DNA of 64,000 bases, from NCBI GenBank assembly GCA_951406725.2, contig OX597817.1, positions 131,068,001 to 131,132,000 on the forward strand, read 5' to 3'. Shown one piece after another: positions 30,349 through 44,561 of this stretch (position 1 is its first letter; each line of letters starts with the position of its first letter). The translations under genes and the position numbers were made by a program. Source of the DNA: Octopus vulgaris. Its lineage: Eukaryota. The notes beneath the pieces are model-generated. The model saw only the letters and a program-made list of their open reading frames with translations. It was not told the DNA's origin and made no database searches.

Positions 30349-30383
<35 letters not shown>

Positions 30384-30557
30384 CACATACATACGTATAT
30401 CCACGCACACATACATCCACACAGACACACACATATATATATCCTTACATACATACGTATGTCTACACACACATACGCATATATATATACACACATACAT
30501 ACATGCGTATATCCACACACACATATATATCCATACATACATACGTATATTTACACC

Positions 30558-30599
<42 letters not shown>

Positions 30600-32796
30600 T
30601 ATATATATAATAAGCAGAAAATGGAGAAACCTTTGATCAACAAACAAACAAACGGACCAACATCGTCTAATTAATTTTAATATAAGACCTTAACATTGCT
30701 TACGGCCGTTTCACCTACCAATGTCAGTCGGTAGTCAGAAAGAATTCCGAAAATAATATTCGTCATCTTTATAGTACATCCGATCTGGTACATGGAGCTT
30801 CGTCAGTTTGAATACAAATGCATAAAATAAAAGACGAGAAGAGGGAAGAGGAGAGAGCAGAGTCTCGAGATGGGGAAAGCTCAATGAAATTAGAATCAAA
30901 CCATTTTGCAGTGTAAAGCTTGAAGTCGATGGGCAAAAGAGTCAACTCTGAAATAATCTAGATAGAAAGATATTTGGTGGGTTAATCTCTTTATAGGGGC
31001 ACCAGGGTGTATAACTAATAATAAAATAAAACTTAAGTATAACAGGAATCGCCAGGAAGTCTAGTAAAAGGGTAGAACTTGTTATTTCGTAAATAGAGCT
31101 AATTAATATTTATCCATAGCTGTATGTTGTTATAATTGTGTACTTACCGAAATATTCTAGAGACCAACCACCTGTTGTCCGTAATGGAATTGACCAAAGT
31201 CCAGTCATCTTTACAATTGGTCAGTTACATTTAAAACCAAGGGCAAGCTAAGACTGTTACAGGGGAAAATTAAATGAAGAAGTAAATAAAGCAATAAATA
31301 AAAGGTGAGGGCGAGGAGACTATGTCATAAGTGGCATGAGGCTCCTTATGTCCTTAAATACCATCTCAATAAGGCAAGGTCTTATGAAAATGCAGTAATG
31401 ATAGAAAGAGTTGATGTAAGTGATGAGCAAAATGAAATACTGTGAAACAACCATAAACACTAAGGCAGAGGAAAACCAGATAGATGAAGAAAGTCACGCA
31501 GAAATTGACCCAACAGAACTACATAATCTAAAAAAATCCGATCATGATTGAATGTTTGAAAATTAAAGAAAGCAGTATAAATGAACGTGACGCGCTCATA
31601 AAAATTCGCAATTCTAACCAAAACCTGAAAATAATTGGTAAAATCCGCCATGAACTTAAGGATATAATTTCAGCTAATGTGGTGAAAGATTAGAACGTGG
31701 CGACATTCCCATAAAAAGCCTACTTGGCAACAGCGTATTCAACACCAAATTCAGCTACTTAGATCTGATGTAGAATGTTTAATAGACCATAACTTTGACA
31801 AGACTCTCAGACCAACAAAAGTCCGAAAATTAAAGAAGAAATATAATACGAAAACCATACTTGAAATCGATACCACGATAGAAACTCTCCAGCAAAAGGT
31901 CTGTGCTAAAGCTGCCTGCATAGCAGCGTATGAAAAGCGAGTTAGATACTTCAAGGACAAAATAGTTTTACAGGAAGATAGGGAAATACCAGTTTTAGTG
32001 AAATCTGTCACATCAAAAGAAGTGAAGGAATTTTGGAATAAACTTTGGCCAGAAGAAACAAAACACAATAAAAAGGCCCCTTCGATTGAGAGAATATCTA
32101 CTAATTTAGAAGAGCAAAAGTGTGAGGATGTAAGATCTGCTCTCAGGAAGTCCAGCAAAAGGGAAGTCTCCAGAAGTTGATAAAATTCCTAATTTCTGGT
32201 TGAATGCCTGTCCAGTGAGTCACGAAATTAAAAACGAAACTTTACCACAGTGGTTTGCAACAACTTAGTATGATTCCCTCTTGGCTAGTTACTGGTGTTG
32301 CATTCCTACTTTAAAAAAATGAAGAAACAAATGAACCAAAAAAATATAGACCATAACCATCTTAACAACAATGTGCAAAATGCTAACATCTGTTTTGACT
32401 GAATATACCTTTTCCCAAATGAGCAAAAAGGATGCAAACGTGTCCTGCGGTTGTAAAATTCAGCTACTCAGCAATAAGATGATCTTAGAAGATTGTCACA
32501 AACGACACAAAATATTCTCGATAGACTGGATAGACTATAGAAACGCCTTTGATAGTCTACTACATAGCTGGATTAAGAAATGTCTGGAAATGTATAAAAT
32601 AGCACCTACTCTGCGATAATTCCTCTCTGTAAGTATAAGATCATGGAGAACCACTCAGATTTTGAACAGCGACAATGAATCTCTTAATGCTGGGGAGGTA
32701 AGAATTTCATTTGGTATTTTCCAGGTTGACTCTCTATCACCACTCCTGTTTTGTCTAGCCTTAATACTTCTCTCGGAATTTCTCGTTGATGTACAA

Positions 32797-33913
32797 TCTA
32801 TATATATAAAACTGAGAATGTATGTATGTCTGTCTGTCTGTCTGTCTGTCAGTCTGTGTGAATCCCTAAAACTTGAGAACTACACAACCAATTTCATTCA
32901 AATTTTACACATGCCTTACTTAGGGTCCATGTAGTGTCATGGGCAAAACATTTCTAACTTCTTGCATAGGGCGAGCCCACAGCAATATCATATCTTCTCC
33001 ACTATTTCAGTATTACGTGTTAAAAGTGAAACAAAAACATTTCTCTATTGTAATGTCAGATACTTTCACTTTAATACTAAAACTATTAAAGTCAAACTAT
33101 TATATAAGAGGGATGAACCATTAACAGTGGACATCCATTTTGCTAGAAGAAGATCCGCTATGGTCCTATATGCTACACCACTGGTTTCCAATTCATATTA
33201 ATCAAATTAATATTCAATTTCTTACCCTTATCATTTTAAATTTAAATTTAAATCCAGGACCATGCGTTTTGGAACGAAGTTTGTTACCACACAGCCACAC
33301 CTGCACCTATGTATGTGTGTGTGTGTATAGCTGTATATGTATACATTTATTTCTATACATAAAGATGTATATGTATACATGTATACGTGTAGATGTATAT
33401 ATATATAGATGTACATGTAATATGTACACATGTATATTCACATATATATATGCATACATATATACACACATACACACAAACATACATACATAGGTGCAGG
33501 TGTGACCGTGTGGTAACAAACTTCGTTTCAAAACACATGGTCCTGGGTTCAGTCCCACTGTGTGGTGACTTGGCATGTGCCTTCTGCTATAGCCTCAGAC
33601 CAACTAAAGCTTTGTCAGTGAATTTTGTAGACAGAAACTGAAAGAAATCAGTCGTATATATATGTATGTATATATATATGTAAGTCTGTGTGTGTGTCTT
33701 TGTGTTTCTCCCTCATCACTACCTCACAACTGGTGTTCGTTTATTTACATCCCCATAACTTACTGGTTTCACAAGAAGAAACTGATAGAATAAGTATCAG
33801 GCTTATCAAAATACAAAACAAACCACTAGGCAGTATCTCATATTTTTATTTGCCCACACAATTTATCTTTGTGTGTGTGTGTACATACATACATACATAC
33901 ATACATACATACA

Positions 33914-33974
<61 letters not shown>

Positions 33975-34234
33975 ATTTCGTAGACAGAAACTTAAAGATA
34001 TCAATCGTATATATATGTGCATGTATATATTTAAATGTATGTGTGTGACTCTGTTTCTGTGTTTCACCCTCATCATTGCTTCACAACTGCTGTTCGTTTA
34101 TTTACATCCCCATAACTTACTGGTTCATAAGAAGAAACTGATAAAATAAGTACCAGACTTATCAACATAAAAAAGCACTACGCTGTGTCTCATATTTTTG
34201 TTTGCCCACTCAGTTGTATCTATCAATTTAATTT

Positions 34235-34272
<38 letters not shown>

Positions 34273-35958
34273 ACACATACACACACACACACGCACACAC
34301 ACACACACATATATGTATATACATATATATATACATGTATGTATATGTGTACAATCATATTTATTATATCAAAGACAATGTCTTTATGTGCTCGTGAATT
34401 ACTTATACATTCGAAAACTACTGCACTGATCATAATGAAATTTGGAACACAAAATCGAAGCCTAGGGAGAAGGGTAATGCTGTGTGTTTCATACAATTTC
34501 TTAGAACAAAATTACTCAATGGATCCTTATGATATTTGAAACTTAGATTCAATGCAATATGTTTGGTTTGAATTTCAGATGGCTTAAAGGGGCAGAAAAT
34601 TCATAAATTTTCGATGTTGATGAAATTTCAACCATGGGTAATTGACACACATCAAGAAGTATTCTCAAAGTTTCCACTTCACATGAGGATTCTAAGACAC
34701 CCAAATTTTAGTCATTTCTTTTATGATCCAAAACTAAATCAAAAGTACTGAATGGATCTTTACGAAATTTGGAAATCATATTCTATGCATAAGGGCCACA
34801 ACCCCCATGACAATTCATATATTTTTGCTGTTGATGAAATTTTAACCATAGATATTAGATACAAATGAAGTAATATTTATAAAATTTCATCTTCTTACAA
34901 GTTAGAAAGACCCCTTCATGGGGAGTTAACACTCACAATTTTGTCATTTTATCTAAGCAAAGACGAATAGTTGTAGTCTTGGAAGCTTTGGGGTCATCTG
35001 AGCATAGAAGATGAGCATTATTTGTAACCCAATGTTACAACAGTGTAAAAGTTTGCTTTGACATACACTTAGATTGTGATTTCTGCAATGTGCTGCATAA
35101 ATTGTCAAGTAAATGACAGGCATCTTTGCCTCCACTGATTCAGTTGCAAAGTGTTGAGTAAAGTTATTTGATTGCAGATCTCCTTTCAGTCTTTTTATTA
35201 TCACTGGGTCACACATAGTCCCCACATGGTAACATTGATTTCAAGGCCTTCCCAGATGAGTGGCTGGTTATTCAAAGACATTTATAGATTGTATATTTAT
35301 TCTGTCCAGTTACGTATCAGTATAGTGGTCATTTGCAAACTCCAACTTTCATTCCTCCTTAGCCCTCACGTCACACAGTTGTTAATGTTTATTTCAGTTG
35401 GGTCACGCCCTTCCAATTGCTATAGATTCGTAATGCATCTTACGGCTGTGCCTGTCACCTGCATAGTGAGGAATACTACATTGGGAGTGGTAACGACTAA
35501 GGTACTGTAGCTGACTGCTCATTGTGATCATTCGTCTTTTGGTTTCCTGTAGCTTTGCTCACTTTTTCAAACCCAGTCGGAATATATTTCCTATTTCAAA
35601 GAAATTCAAACAATAGATATAAGACCCAAGTTAAAAAGATTTTCAACAATTCAACTTCTCTGGTTGACATTAAGATTCCCACCCCCAACAGGGGCCTTAA
35701 CTCTCACATTTTAGAGCTCCATGACCTCCATTTTTCAGGAGCAAAATCCTTTTGGAATATGCGCATAAAAATCAGTAGTATGGGATACATGTGGCACGAT
35801 TACAATTTTGCTTGGGTGTGTAAAGAGGGAAATAACCCTCATCTGGAATTTTGATGAAATTCGAAACATAGGTATTCCAGTTCATTACAGAAAATATAAC
35901 AGAAAAGTCTAATTCTTCAATTGTATGTAACTCGGGCAACACTGGGTAACACTACTGG
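32797..35958 (+). mobile_element. Non-autonomous Helitron (composite, with SINEs and microsatellites inside)
   Basis: 5' TCtatatatataaaa; 3' hairpin actcgg-gcaaca-ctgggt (35930-35947) then CTGG; inserted between A and T with no TSD; removal restores the host frame DVQ|YGYKIF. Confidence 0.85.
33490..33825 (+). mobile_element. tRNA-derived SINE with an inverted duplicate of its head (33252-33317) and a tandem duplicate of its tail (33975-34170)
   Basis: ggtgtgaccgtgtggtaa...gggttcagtccc head; direct comparison of the three segments. Confidence 0.75.
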
Positions 35959-36555
35959 TATGGCTATAAAATATTTGATAAAAATATAAATCATCACTTT
36001 TATATGGATGATTGAAATTTCTTTGCAAGAAACGATCAACAACTACAGCGCTTACTAGCGAGTGTTAAACAACACACTGATGGCATGATGAAATTTGGCC
36101 TCCATAAATGTGCAAAAGTCACCTTTATCAAAGGAAACATGACAGAAACATGCAGCGTTAATCTTGACCAACAGAATGTCATAAAGGAATTAGAGCCAGC
36201 GGAGAGCTACAGGATGGAATCAAATATTCGATGATGAGGGAAATGATCAGAAGGGAATGTTATCGCAGGGTAGGTGCAATCCTCAAGAGAGAGCTGAATG
36301 CAAGAAACAGGATCGAAGCGATCATGTTGTCTTCTTGAGCCTACAGAGTATCTCAACAGGCATGATAGAGATGCTCAATATATTCACTGGGTAATTTGCA
36401 AAAAACTGGATCTGCTCCATGATAATAATTGGTGTACTATGTACAAAACCAAATATATGACACCCGAGGCATAACACCAAGAACTTCTAACATGTCTTTT
36501 CAGGTCTCTGGGTGAGACTTGGAGACAAATTGTACAAATACAAAGCGAAAGTCAA

Positions 36556-36559
<4 letters not shown>

Positions 36560-36648
<89 letters not shown>

Positions 36649-36687
36649 TATTATTATTATTATTATTATTACTATTACTACTATTAC

Positions 36688-36744
<57 letters not shown>

Positions 36745-36774
36745 TGTTATTATTACTATTATTATTATTATTAC

Positions 36775-36840
<66 letters not shown>
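36560..36840. repeat. (TAA)n array switching to (TTA)n at about 36647
   Basis: Direct inspection. Confidence 0.95.
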
Positions 36841-36842
<2 letters not shown>

Positions 36843-37362
36843 GCCCTGATGCAGTACCAGGCAGTGGTTCTCGTGGATTCTGATCTTAACTGATTGGAAG
36901 AGATGGGCTACAGCAAATATTCTGCTCAATACCACAGATTTGCTTGTCAGTTGTTTGACCGTAACCAGTTGACCATGCCCCTTAGTGGCTGACGATATGT
37001 ATATCTCTGATCACGAGCAGAAGTAATGGGGGAGCATCATAGCCATTTGTTGAAAGGAATTCTTGATGGTTTGGATAATTCACTTCTGGAAACATGGGTG
37101 TTTTGTTCAACATCCTTAAACAATCCTTATTCAGGGACCTTTTGAGGGAGATGGGCTACTCGACCAGAACAAAATTCTAACTGGGCCCCATCTGCAAGAT
37201 CGTGTGCTGTTTATCTTGATATGAGATCACCATGTCGCGCACAATTGGTTGTGATGCATGTGCCTAGTATACCCTTATCAGACGGGTAGTCATGATTGGT
37301 ATACTGGGCTTCGTATATTTTACCCCAGTGTCACTTTGATGTCATGCACTGCTCTCTCACAC
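36841..37362 (+). mobile_element. About 520-bp non-coding interspersed element embedded in (TAA)n arrays
   Basis: Complex non-coding block bounded by (TTA)n and (AAT)n, sitting among R4/Dong copies; probably non-autonomous. Confidence 0.5.
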
Positions 37363-37455
<93 letters not shown>

Positions 37456-37549
37456 AATTATTATTATTATTATGATTATTGTTGTTGTTGTTGTTATCAT
37501 TGTTATTGTTACTATTATAATTATTATTTTTATTATTATTATTATTATG

Positions 37550-38726
37550 TTTTTTCCTTCTTTCTTCAAATTTTCTTCCGTTTCTCGCCGAGTGTTTTCC
37601 ATACACCTAGGGCAGAGAAGCTTATTGTATGCATTCCCAGATTACACACGCAAATTCACAGATAAAATATATATTTAAAAATAAATAAATAAATAAATAA
37701 ATTCATGGATGGATGTTGTTTTCACAGCGATAATGCTCTTCTCAGTACATGAGCCGTTCCAGTTAATACGATTTTTTGCACTTCCTGTAGGGATGGTAAG
37801 CCTGGAATCATTTTCAAATAGGTTTCAGTACCTTATTTTCATCATTCCTAGAGATCCTACAGTCACTGGTACTGTAGTTGCCTTGAGATGCCACAGTTGT
37901 TCAATTTCTATTAGCAAGTCTTTATATTTACTAATCTTGTCAAATTCTTTCGCCGCTATATTGTGATCGCAAGGAATAATCATGTCAATTAATAAACACA
38001 TCTTTTTTGTCTGATCTTTTATAATAATATCCGGTTTATTAGCTTTTATAGTCTTGTCGGTCTGTACGGGGAAGTCCCATATAATCGACACATTTTCTCC
38101 CTCAGTCACAGCTTCAGGATGGTGTTTATACCATTTGTCAGCAGTTTTGATTTTATAATGCCGACATATTGTCCAATGTAAATACTGGCCGACTCTGTCA
38201 TGTCTTGCTTTATATTCTGCAGGTGCTAAGACTCTACACCCTGAGATTAGGTGGTCTATTGTTTCAATCTCATTGTTACAGAATCGGCATTTTGGGTCAG
38301 CTCTATTTTTTATCATATTGGCTTGGTAGTTCCGAGTTAATAAGCTTTGGTCTTGAGCAGCAAATATGAAACCTTCACTCTCTGCTTTTAGCCCTGAGCT
38401 TCGTAACCATTGGTGCGTGTGTTTCTGGTTGACATCAGCTTGTTTGCTACGGGCCACATACTTGCCATGGAGAGGTTTCTGTTCCCATCTGCTAGCTAAT
38501 TTTTCATGTGCTTTTGTCTTTGCAATTAATTTTATTTTCTTTGTAGCTGCAGTTGGCGCATTTCCTTCAGCCTGATCGATCTGGTGGGTATCTAAGAGAT
38601 CAGCAGCGAATCTTTTGCTCTCTTTGAGAATAGAGTGAAGGTTTTTCAGTCTTTCATGTTTCTCAACAAATTTTAGCATCCAATCGTTGGTTGCTTCAAG
38701 GTATTTGGCCAGTCCGATTGTGGTAG
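37550..38726 (-). mobile_element. R4/Dong-like 3' part (CCHC finger plus restriction-like endonuclease)
   Basis: CRFCNNEIETIDHLISGC, RHD, NKPDII, LID; flanked by ATT repeats. Confidence 0.92.
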
Positions 38727-38799
<73 letters not shown>

Positions 38800-38802
<3 letters not shown>

Positions 38803-40926
38803 TAGTTTTATTTTTATTTTTATAGCGTGCTTTCACTTCACTACCGAGCGCAGCTCTGTGTGCCTTGGGTATGTGCTGTGATTTGTTGTGATGCTCTGAT
38901 GGTTATTGTATGGAAAGTGTTCTGCGTAGGATGTGTGCAGTGCCTAGTAGTGCAATTTTCTGTATGTTATATGTGTTTGTAAGTCCTGGTGTTTTTGTTA
39001 TGTATTTGTCTGAATATTTTTTTATCATGCCTAATGCACCTACTATGATAGGAATTGTTTCTGTTTTCAGGTTCCACATTCTAGTTACCTCTATTTTCAG
39101 GTCTTTGTATTTTGAGAGTTTCTCCATTTCTTTTAGAGACACGTTGTCATCTGCCGGTATTGATACATCAATTAGAAATCATTTGTTTTCTTCATGATCT
39201 CTGACAACTATATCTGGTCTGTTGGCCTTAATTTCTCTATCTGTGTGTATCGGCATATCCCAGAGTATGGTTGCTTTCTCGTTTTCTGTGACCTTTTCTG
39301 GTGTGTGCCTATACCATCTTTTTTCTGTTGTTATTCCATAATGTTGGCATAGCTTCCAATGTATGTAGGTTCCAACTCTGTCATGTCTGTGAATATATTC
39401 CTTCTTAGCCAGGACTGGGCAGCTAGAGATAATATGATTTATTGTTTCTTGTCCATCTCCACATATTCTGCAGTTACTTGTAATATTTATTTTCATTACA
39501 TGTTTTTGGTAATTTCTGGTGGGGAGGCTTTGGTCTTGTGCTGCAATTAAAAATCCCTCTGTTTCTGCTTTGAGTCCTGAGCTTCTCAACCATTGCTGGG
39601 ATTTTTCTTTGTCTATTTCTTTTGCGTTTAGTTTAGTGCAGTATTTACCATGAAGGGGCTTTTCTTGCCATTGTTTTATCATGGTTCGTTGCTGTTCTAT
39701 TTTTAGTTTGGATTTCATTTGTTTTATAGCTTTTGTTGTTTCTTCATCATCTTCTTCTTCTTTGTGTTTATTAGGTGGTATGATTTCTTGTTTGTATTTG
39801 TCAGCTTCTTTAAATACTGAGAACAGTTTTTTGTTTTGCTCGTGTTTTGCTGCTATCTGGATCAGTTTTCCTTCCTTCTGAAGTAGGTATTTTTGCAGTG
39901 GTTATTTTATAGTAGTTTTCCAGCTGTATAAGGCCTCTACCACCTTCTATACGTTGTATATATAGTCTTTCTATGTCAGATTTTGGGTGATGCATCCTAG
40001 ATCCTGTCAGTATTTTTCTTGTTTTCCTATCTATTTTGGACAGTTCATTTCGTGTCCAGTTAAGGATATTGTAGCTGTAACTTATAACTGGGACAGCTAA
40101 AGTGTTGATACCTATTATCTTGTTTTTAGCATTGAGCTCTGTTTTTAGTATTGATCTAACTCGTCTATAATATTCTTTTTTTATTTTCTCTTTCATTTGT
40201 GTGTGTTGTGTCTTATCTAGTTCATGGATTCCTAAGTATTTGTAAGTTTGGCTTTGGTCTAATTCTTTTATTTCATTGGTTTTATCTAGTGTGATGTTGT
40301 TACTCTTAACTAGTTTTCCTCTTTTCATGGTTACTTTGGCGCATTTTTCTAATCCAAATTTCATATCTATTTCTTTGGTAAATCCATGAACTGTCTTTAA
40401 TAGTGTTTCCAGCTGTTTGTCATTTGCAGCGTATAGTTTTAGGTCATCCATATATAAAAGGTGGCTGATCGTTTTGCCGTAACATTTATATCCGCATCCA
40501 GTTCTATTTAGCATATCAGATAGAGGTGACAGTGCCAAGCAGAAAAGGAATGGAGAGAGCGTGTCTCCCTGGAATATTCGTCTTCTAATGGGGATGTCTT
40601 TGGTTTTCATGAGTCCCTCTTTTGTTTGGAGGTGTAGGACTGTTTGCCATTTATTCATAGAGTGCTCTATGAATTTTATGATTGTTGGTGCTACTTTGTT
40701 AATGGCTAGTGTTTCGAGGATCCATGTGTGGGGGATGCTATCAAACGCCTTTTTGTAGTCAATCCAGGCCATACTGAGGCCTTTCTTCTTTCTGTGGCTG
40801 TCTTCAGTTACGGCTTTATTAATCATTAGTTGATCTTTACAGCCATATGAGCCTTTGCGGCATCCTTTCTGCTCTTCTGGGAACAGTTTGTTTTCGTCCA
40901 GGTGCTTGTTCAGCCTTTGCGATATC
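38800..40926 (-). mobile_element. R4/Dong-like element (RT, CCHC, RLE), 5'-truncated, few lesions
   Basis: WIDYKKAFDS, FQGDTLSP, HLLYMDDLKLY, CRICGDGQETINHIISSC, RHD, NRPDIV; bounded by (ATT)n at 38727-38798 and 40927-41165. Confidence 0.95.
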
Positions 40927-41024
<98 letters not shown>

Positions 41025-41043
41025 GTTATTATTTTTATTATTT

Positions 41044-41164
<121 letters not shown>

Positions 41165-41641
41165 ATTAATGATAATAATCGTTTCAACTAAAGGTACAAG
41201 ACCTGAAATTTTGGTTTAGGGGTTTAAGTCGATTACATTGACCCTAGTGCTTGAATAGGATTTTTCTTTGATCCCGAAAGGATGAAAGGCAAATTGAACC
41301 TCAGTGGAATTTGAACTCAGAACGTAAAGTCAGACAAAATTCCGCAGTAATAGCATCCAGAGATATCGAAATGAAAACAGAAAAGAGTGCCTTAGTAGAG
41401 CTGTTAGAAAATGATTCGCATTTACGACCAAATGTATCTGGAAAGTACTTCATAGCTGAGAAGATCAGATAACATGATACCATAGGAGAGACACAAGTGT
41501 TTTGGTAACAGCTCTGCTGGCTATACTATCTCTCTATATAATGTCTAAATCTATCTACAAGTAGGAAACTTTGTATTATTGTTACAACTCTCCAGTTTAT
41601 AAAATATAAAATCTGAAATCAAAATTACCTCTCTTTTACAG

Positions 41642-41677
41642 GTTCAAGATGTGAAGCTCATGAAGTTGTTCCCGACG
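41642..41677 (+). CDS. 36-nt micro-exon completing the signal peptide of the Ig-like gene
   Basis: ctcttttacag acceptor, G|gtaatt donor, phase 1-1: (C)SRCEAHEVVPD(G); joins 28178 and 44313 in frame. Confidence 0.68.
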
Positions 41678-42129
41678 GTAATTATATTTTCTAAACCTTC
41701 TCTTTATAAACCTGTGAGGTAATATAATATTTAGGCCCACTTGAACGTGAATCTTCTCTTAGAACAAAATATCCTGTGATAGATTGCACGAGAGAAGTTC
41801 CGGCATTGGATATATCGTGCAAAATGCACCCTTGTTTATTTCGCTATTGGGAAATTAAATTTCACCTTCTCCAGCATCGAAACCGCCAGACCACCTGACT
41901 TCGACTTCCCTTGCACTCGTAAATGATGACGCTCAGCCACAAGAGTTAGCAGCGACGGATCTCCCCACCAGTGATATATAGATTAACAGTGCCAGAACAG
42001 GCACCGGTGTCACGATTAGCCAGTGAGCTTGTTAAGTGTCTATATAAGCGACAGTGACAGTTTTAATAACGAGTGGTCATGCTGATGCCCACTCACATAT
42101 GTAAGTTCTCTTACAACAAACTATACTGC

Positions 42130-42800
42130 GCTAGATACCATGAGAGAAACTCTTGTATTGGCTTCTGAGGCTAAATGCACTCATGTTTCTATCGTTAGCA
42201 GGGAGATATAAATGCGTGCCACCTCCATTGACAACACCACCAGCGCAGTCTTCTCCCTTGCACACTATATCCGATGCTTCATAATCACTATGTTTCTCTG
42301 ATATCAATTTCTCTCATATCAATTTCTCTCATACATGCAAACTGGCATTACCCGTCCAGTGGATCATGCGCATTCTGTCTTTCCCATGTCCTCAGTAGCC
42401 ATTGCCCATGTCTCCCTGCCATGTATTATAGCTGTTTGTACTCAGGCATCATACAATCTGCCTTTCACTCAGAATGAGATGCCATTTTGTTACCAACAAA
42501 GCTAAAAACTCTCTGAACTTTACCCAGTTGTTCATATTCTAGCAGCTACGCTTCCAGAAATCTCCCTCTATTGCTAACCAGTACCAGTAATTGTCTACTA
42601 TTTCTAAAGACTCGCCCTCCCCACAAACATTTGAGTGAGTCTATTTTCTGTACATTTTGGTGTTCAATGTACCTGCACTCTATTAAACTTCTTTGAGGCC
42701 GCTGCGATTCTTTTGTATCAATATCCTACTCAAGCTACATCCTATGGGGTTTCTACCAACAACTTTTACACGTCTTCAACAGGACCAACTCCCTAAAGGA
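42130..42800 (-). mobile_element. Old RTE-like LINE fragment
   Basis: Degraded minus-strand C-terminal LINE-like coding signal with no intact motif. Confidence 0.4.
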
Positions 42801-43624
42801 ACTAGTAATTCATCTGATTTCCTATTTTCTCGGACTTCTGTTATTGCTAAATGAACTCTCAGATCCTCTGATTCTACTCCTTGCTTTCAGACCTGAAATT
42901 TAAGTATATATATAATATATATATTCCAAGGATCTGATAAAGACATCACATTTGCAACAACTCGAGCTTGTTCAGCTCTTGTTTGACGATGATCAAGGTC
43001 TCAGCGATGTATCGAAATGGATATGCGAACGCAGAGTGAGGAAAAGATGGATCTTTTCCTTCGAGAGACGGTGAGCTTCTTACAGACAGAACATCGAAAG
43101 GATGCGAACGCAAATGTCACAACCTGATGTCGGTAATTTATCTCTGTTGTTGACGTCACTCTCTTTTCTGTAACCATGGAGCTGAGGTATTTCACCTACC
43201 AGACTTGCTCAGCCTAAATGCCATCAAGATGCACAATGGCCGGTGAAACTTTCTGTATGTCTGCGTGACTAAAACTTAACATTACCTTAGAACAATGCCA
43301 GCAACATCCGACCATTTAGGACCAAGTCCAGCAACACAGGCTACAGTGGTTGGTCTAGGTCTGCAGGATGAACACCGGAAGACAACCACAACTTTTGCGG
43401 TGGCAGTGACCAACGAATAGGGGAATCCAGCACAGTGCACCAAAGAAGACAAAGGGTGAATCAAATTGAGGACGACCTGAAGTGGCAGCGGATGGTTATT
43501 AAACATGCTAAGGTCAGTGCTATGAAGTGGAAAACGTGGAATAACATCATGACCAGAGTCCATCATAGAGCGGTATCCACAGCAGCTTATTGGCTGTGAG
43601 GAGGGGCTCAGGTTCAGGTAGCTA

Positions 43625-44080
43625 AGTAGGAAATAAAGAAAGAAGAGGACGAAAAGGAAGAGAAGAAGAAAGAAAAGATGAAGAAGAAAAAGAAGGGGAG
43701 AAGGAGGGGGACGAGAAGTAGAAGGAGAAGATGAAGAATAAGAAGAAGAGGAGGAAGAAGACGAGGAGAAGAAGGAATAAGTAGAGAGGAAGATTAACAA
43801 AACAGAGAAGTGGGAGGAGGAGGAGGAAGATGATGATGATGATGATGATGAGGAGGAGGAGGAGGAGGAGGAGAAAAGATGAAGCGGGCGAAGAAAAGAA
43901 GCAGAAAAGAAGGATGGAAAGAAGAGAAAGAAGATCAGAAAGACGAGAAGAAGAAGAAGAAGAAGAAGAAGAAGAAGAAGAAGAAGAAGAAGAAGAAGAA
44001 GAAGAAGAAGAAGAAGAAGAAGAAGAAGAAGAAGAAGAAGAAGAAGAAGAAGAAGAAGAGAAGAAGAAGAACAACAACAA
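43625..44080. repeat. Purine-rich (GAA)n/(GAG)n low-complexity tract
   Basis: Direct inspection; expanded equivalent of the short (GAA) tail at 4020. Confidence 0.95.
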
Positions 44081-44312
44081 CCACAGCAAAGATATATTCT
44101 TAGAAAGACTGTATTTGGCAGTGAATATATAAAAGTTTTTTCATTAAGAAATTTCTAATTTTTGGCGGCAGGGAACGAGGTGAAACGTTTGTTAGTCTTA
44201 ATTATGTATTTTAATCTTAATTTTTGATGAGGAAAATATAAACGTTGATGGGAAAATGCTTAAATCGATGGATATAGCCAATCAAAGATTAATACTGATT
44301 TCTTTCTTTCAG

Positions 44313-44561
44313 GAACAATTTGGTTGGGAGAAAGTATAACACTGTTTATTTCTATCCCAAATATGACGAGGCCCATCGTTTGGAGTGTGAACAACCATCG
44401 ATACGAGTGTGACAGGACATGCGTGGACAATTGTTACTACAAAGTCACGCAATATAATGATACGTCAACTCTGTGGATTGCGAATGTCACGTGGGAGAAT
44501 TCCAAATGGCGTGTCGAGGATAAAAATCCTGAATTTGGAGAAATTGATTTGGACATAAACG
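44313..44561 (+). CDS. Ig-like (V/CD2-like) domain exon of the Ig-like gene
   Basis: tttctttctttcag acceptor, G|gtaagg donor, 249 nt phase 1-1: TIWLGESITLFISIPNMTRPIVWSVNNHRYECDRTCVDNCYYKVTQYNDTSTLWIANVTWENSKWRVEDKNPEFGEIDLDIN. Confidence 0.85.

Larger units (their letters stand above)
31300..36558 (+). mobile_element. R4/Dong-like retrotransposon split by a Helitron, with (TAA)n tail
   Basis: KEFWNKLW, WIDYRNAFDS, IFQVDSLSPLLF at 31998-32796; resumes YGYKIFDKNINHHFYMDD at 35959; ends in (TAA)n at 36560. Confidence 0.85.

Noticed and set aside
41660-41718. Alternative reading ATG AAG TTG TTC as a signal-peptide exon with donor at 41719
   Set aside because: Wrong phase for 44313 and needs frameshifts; the 36-nt micro-exon joins both neighbours cleanly
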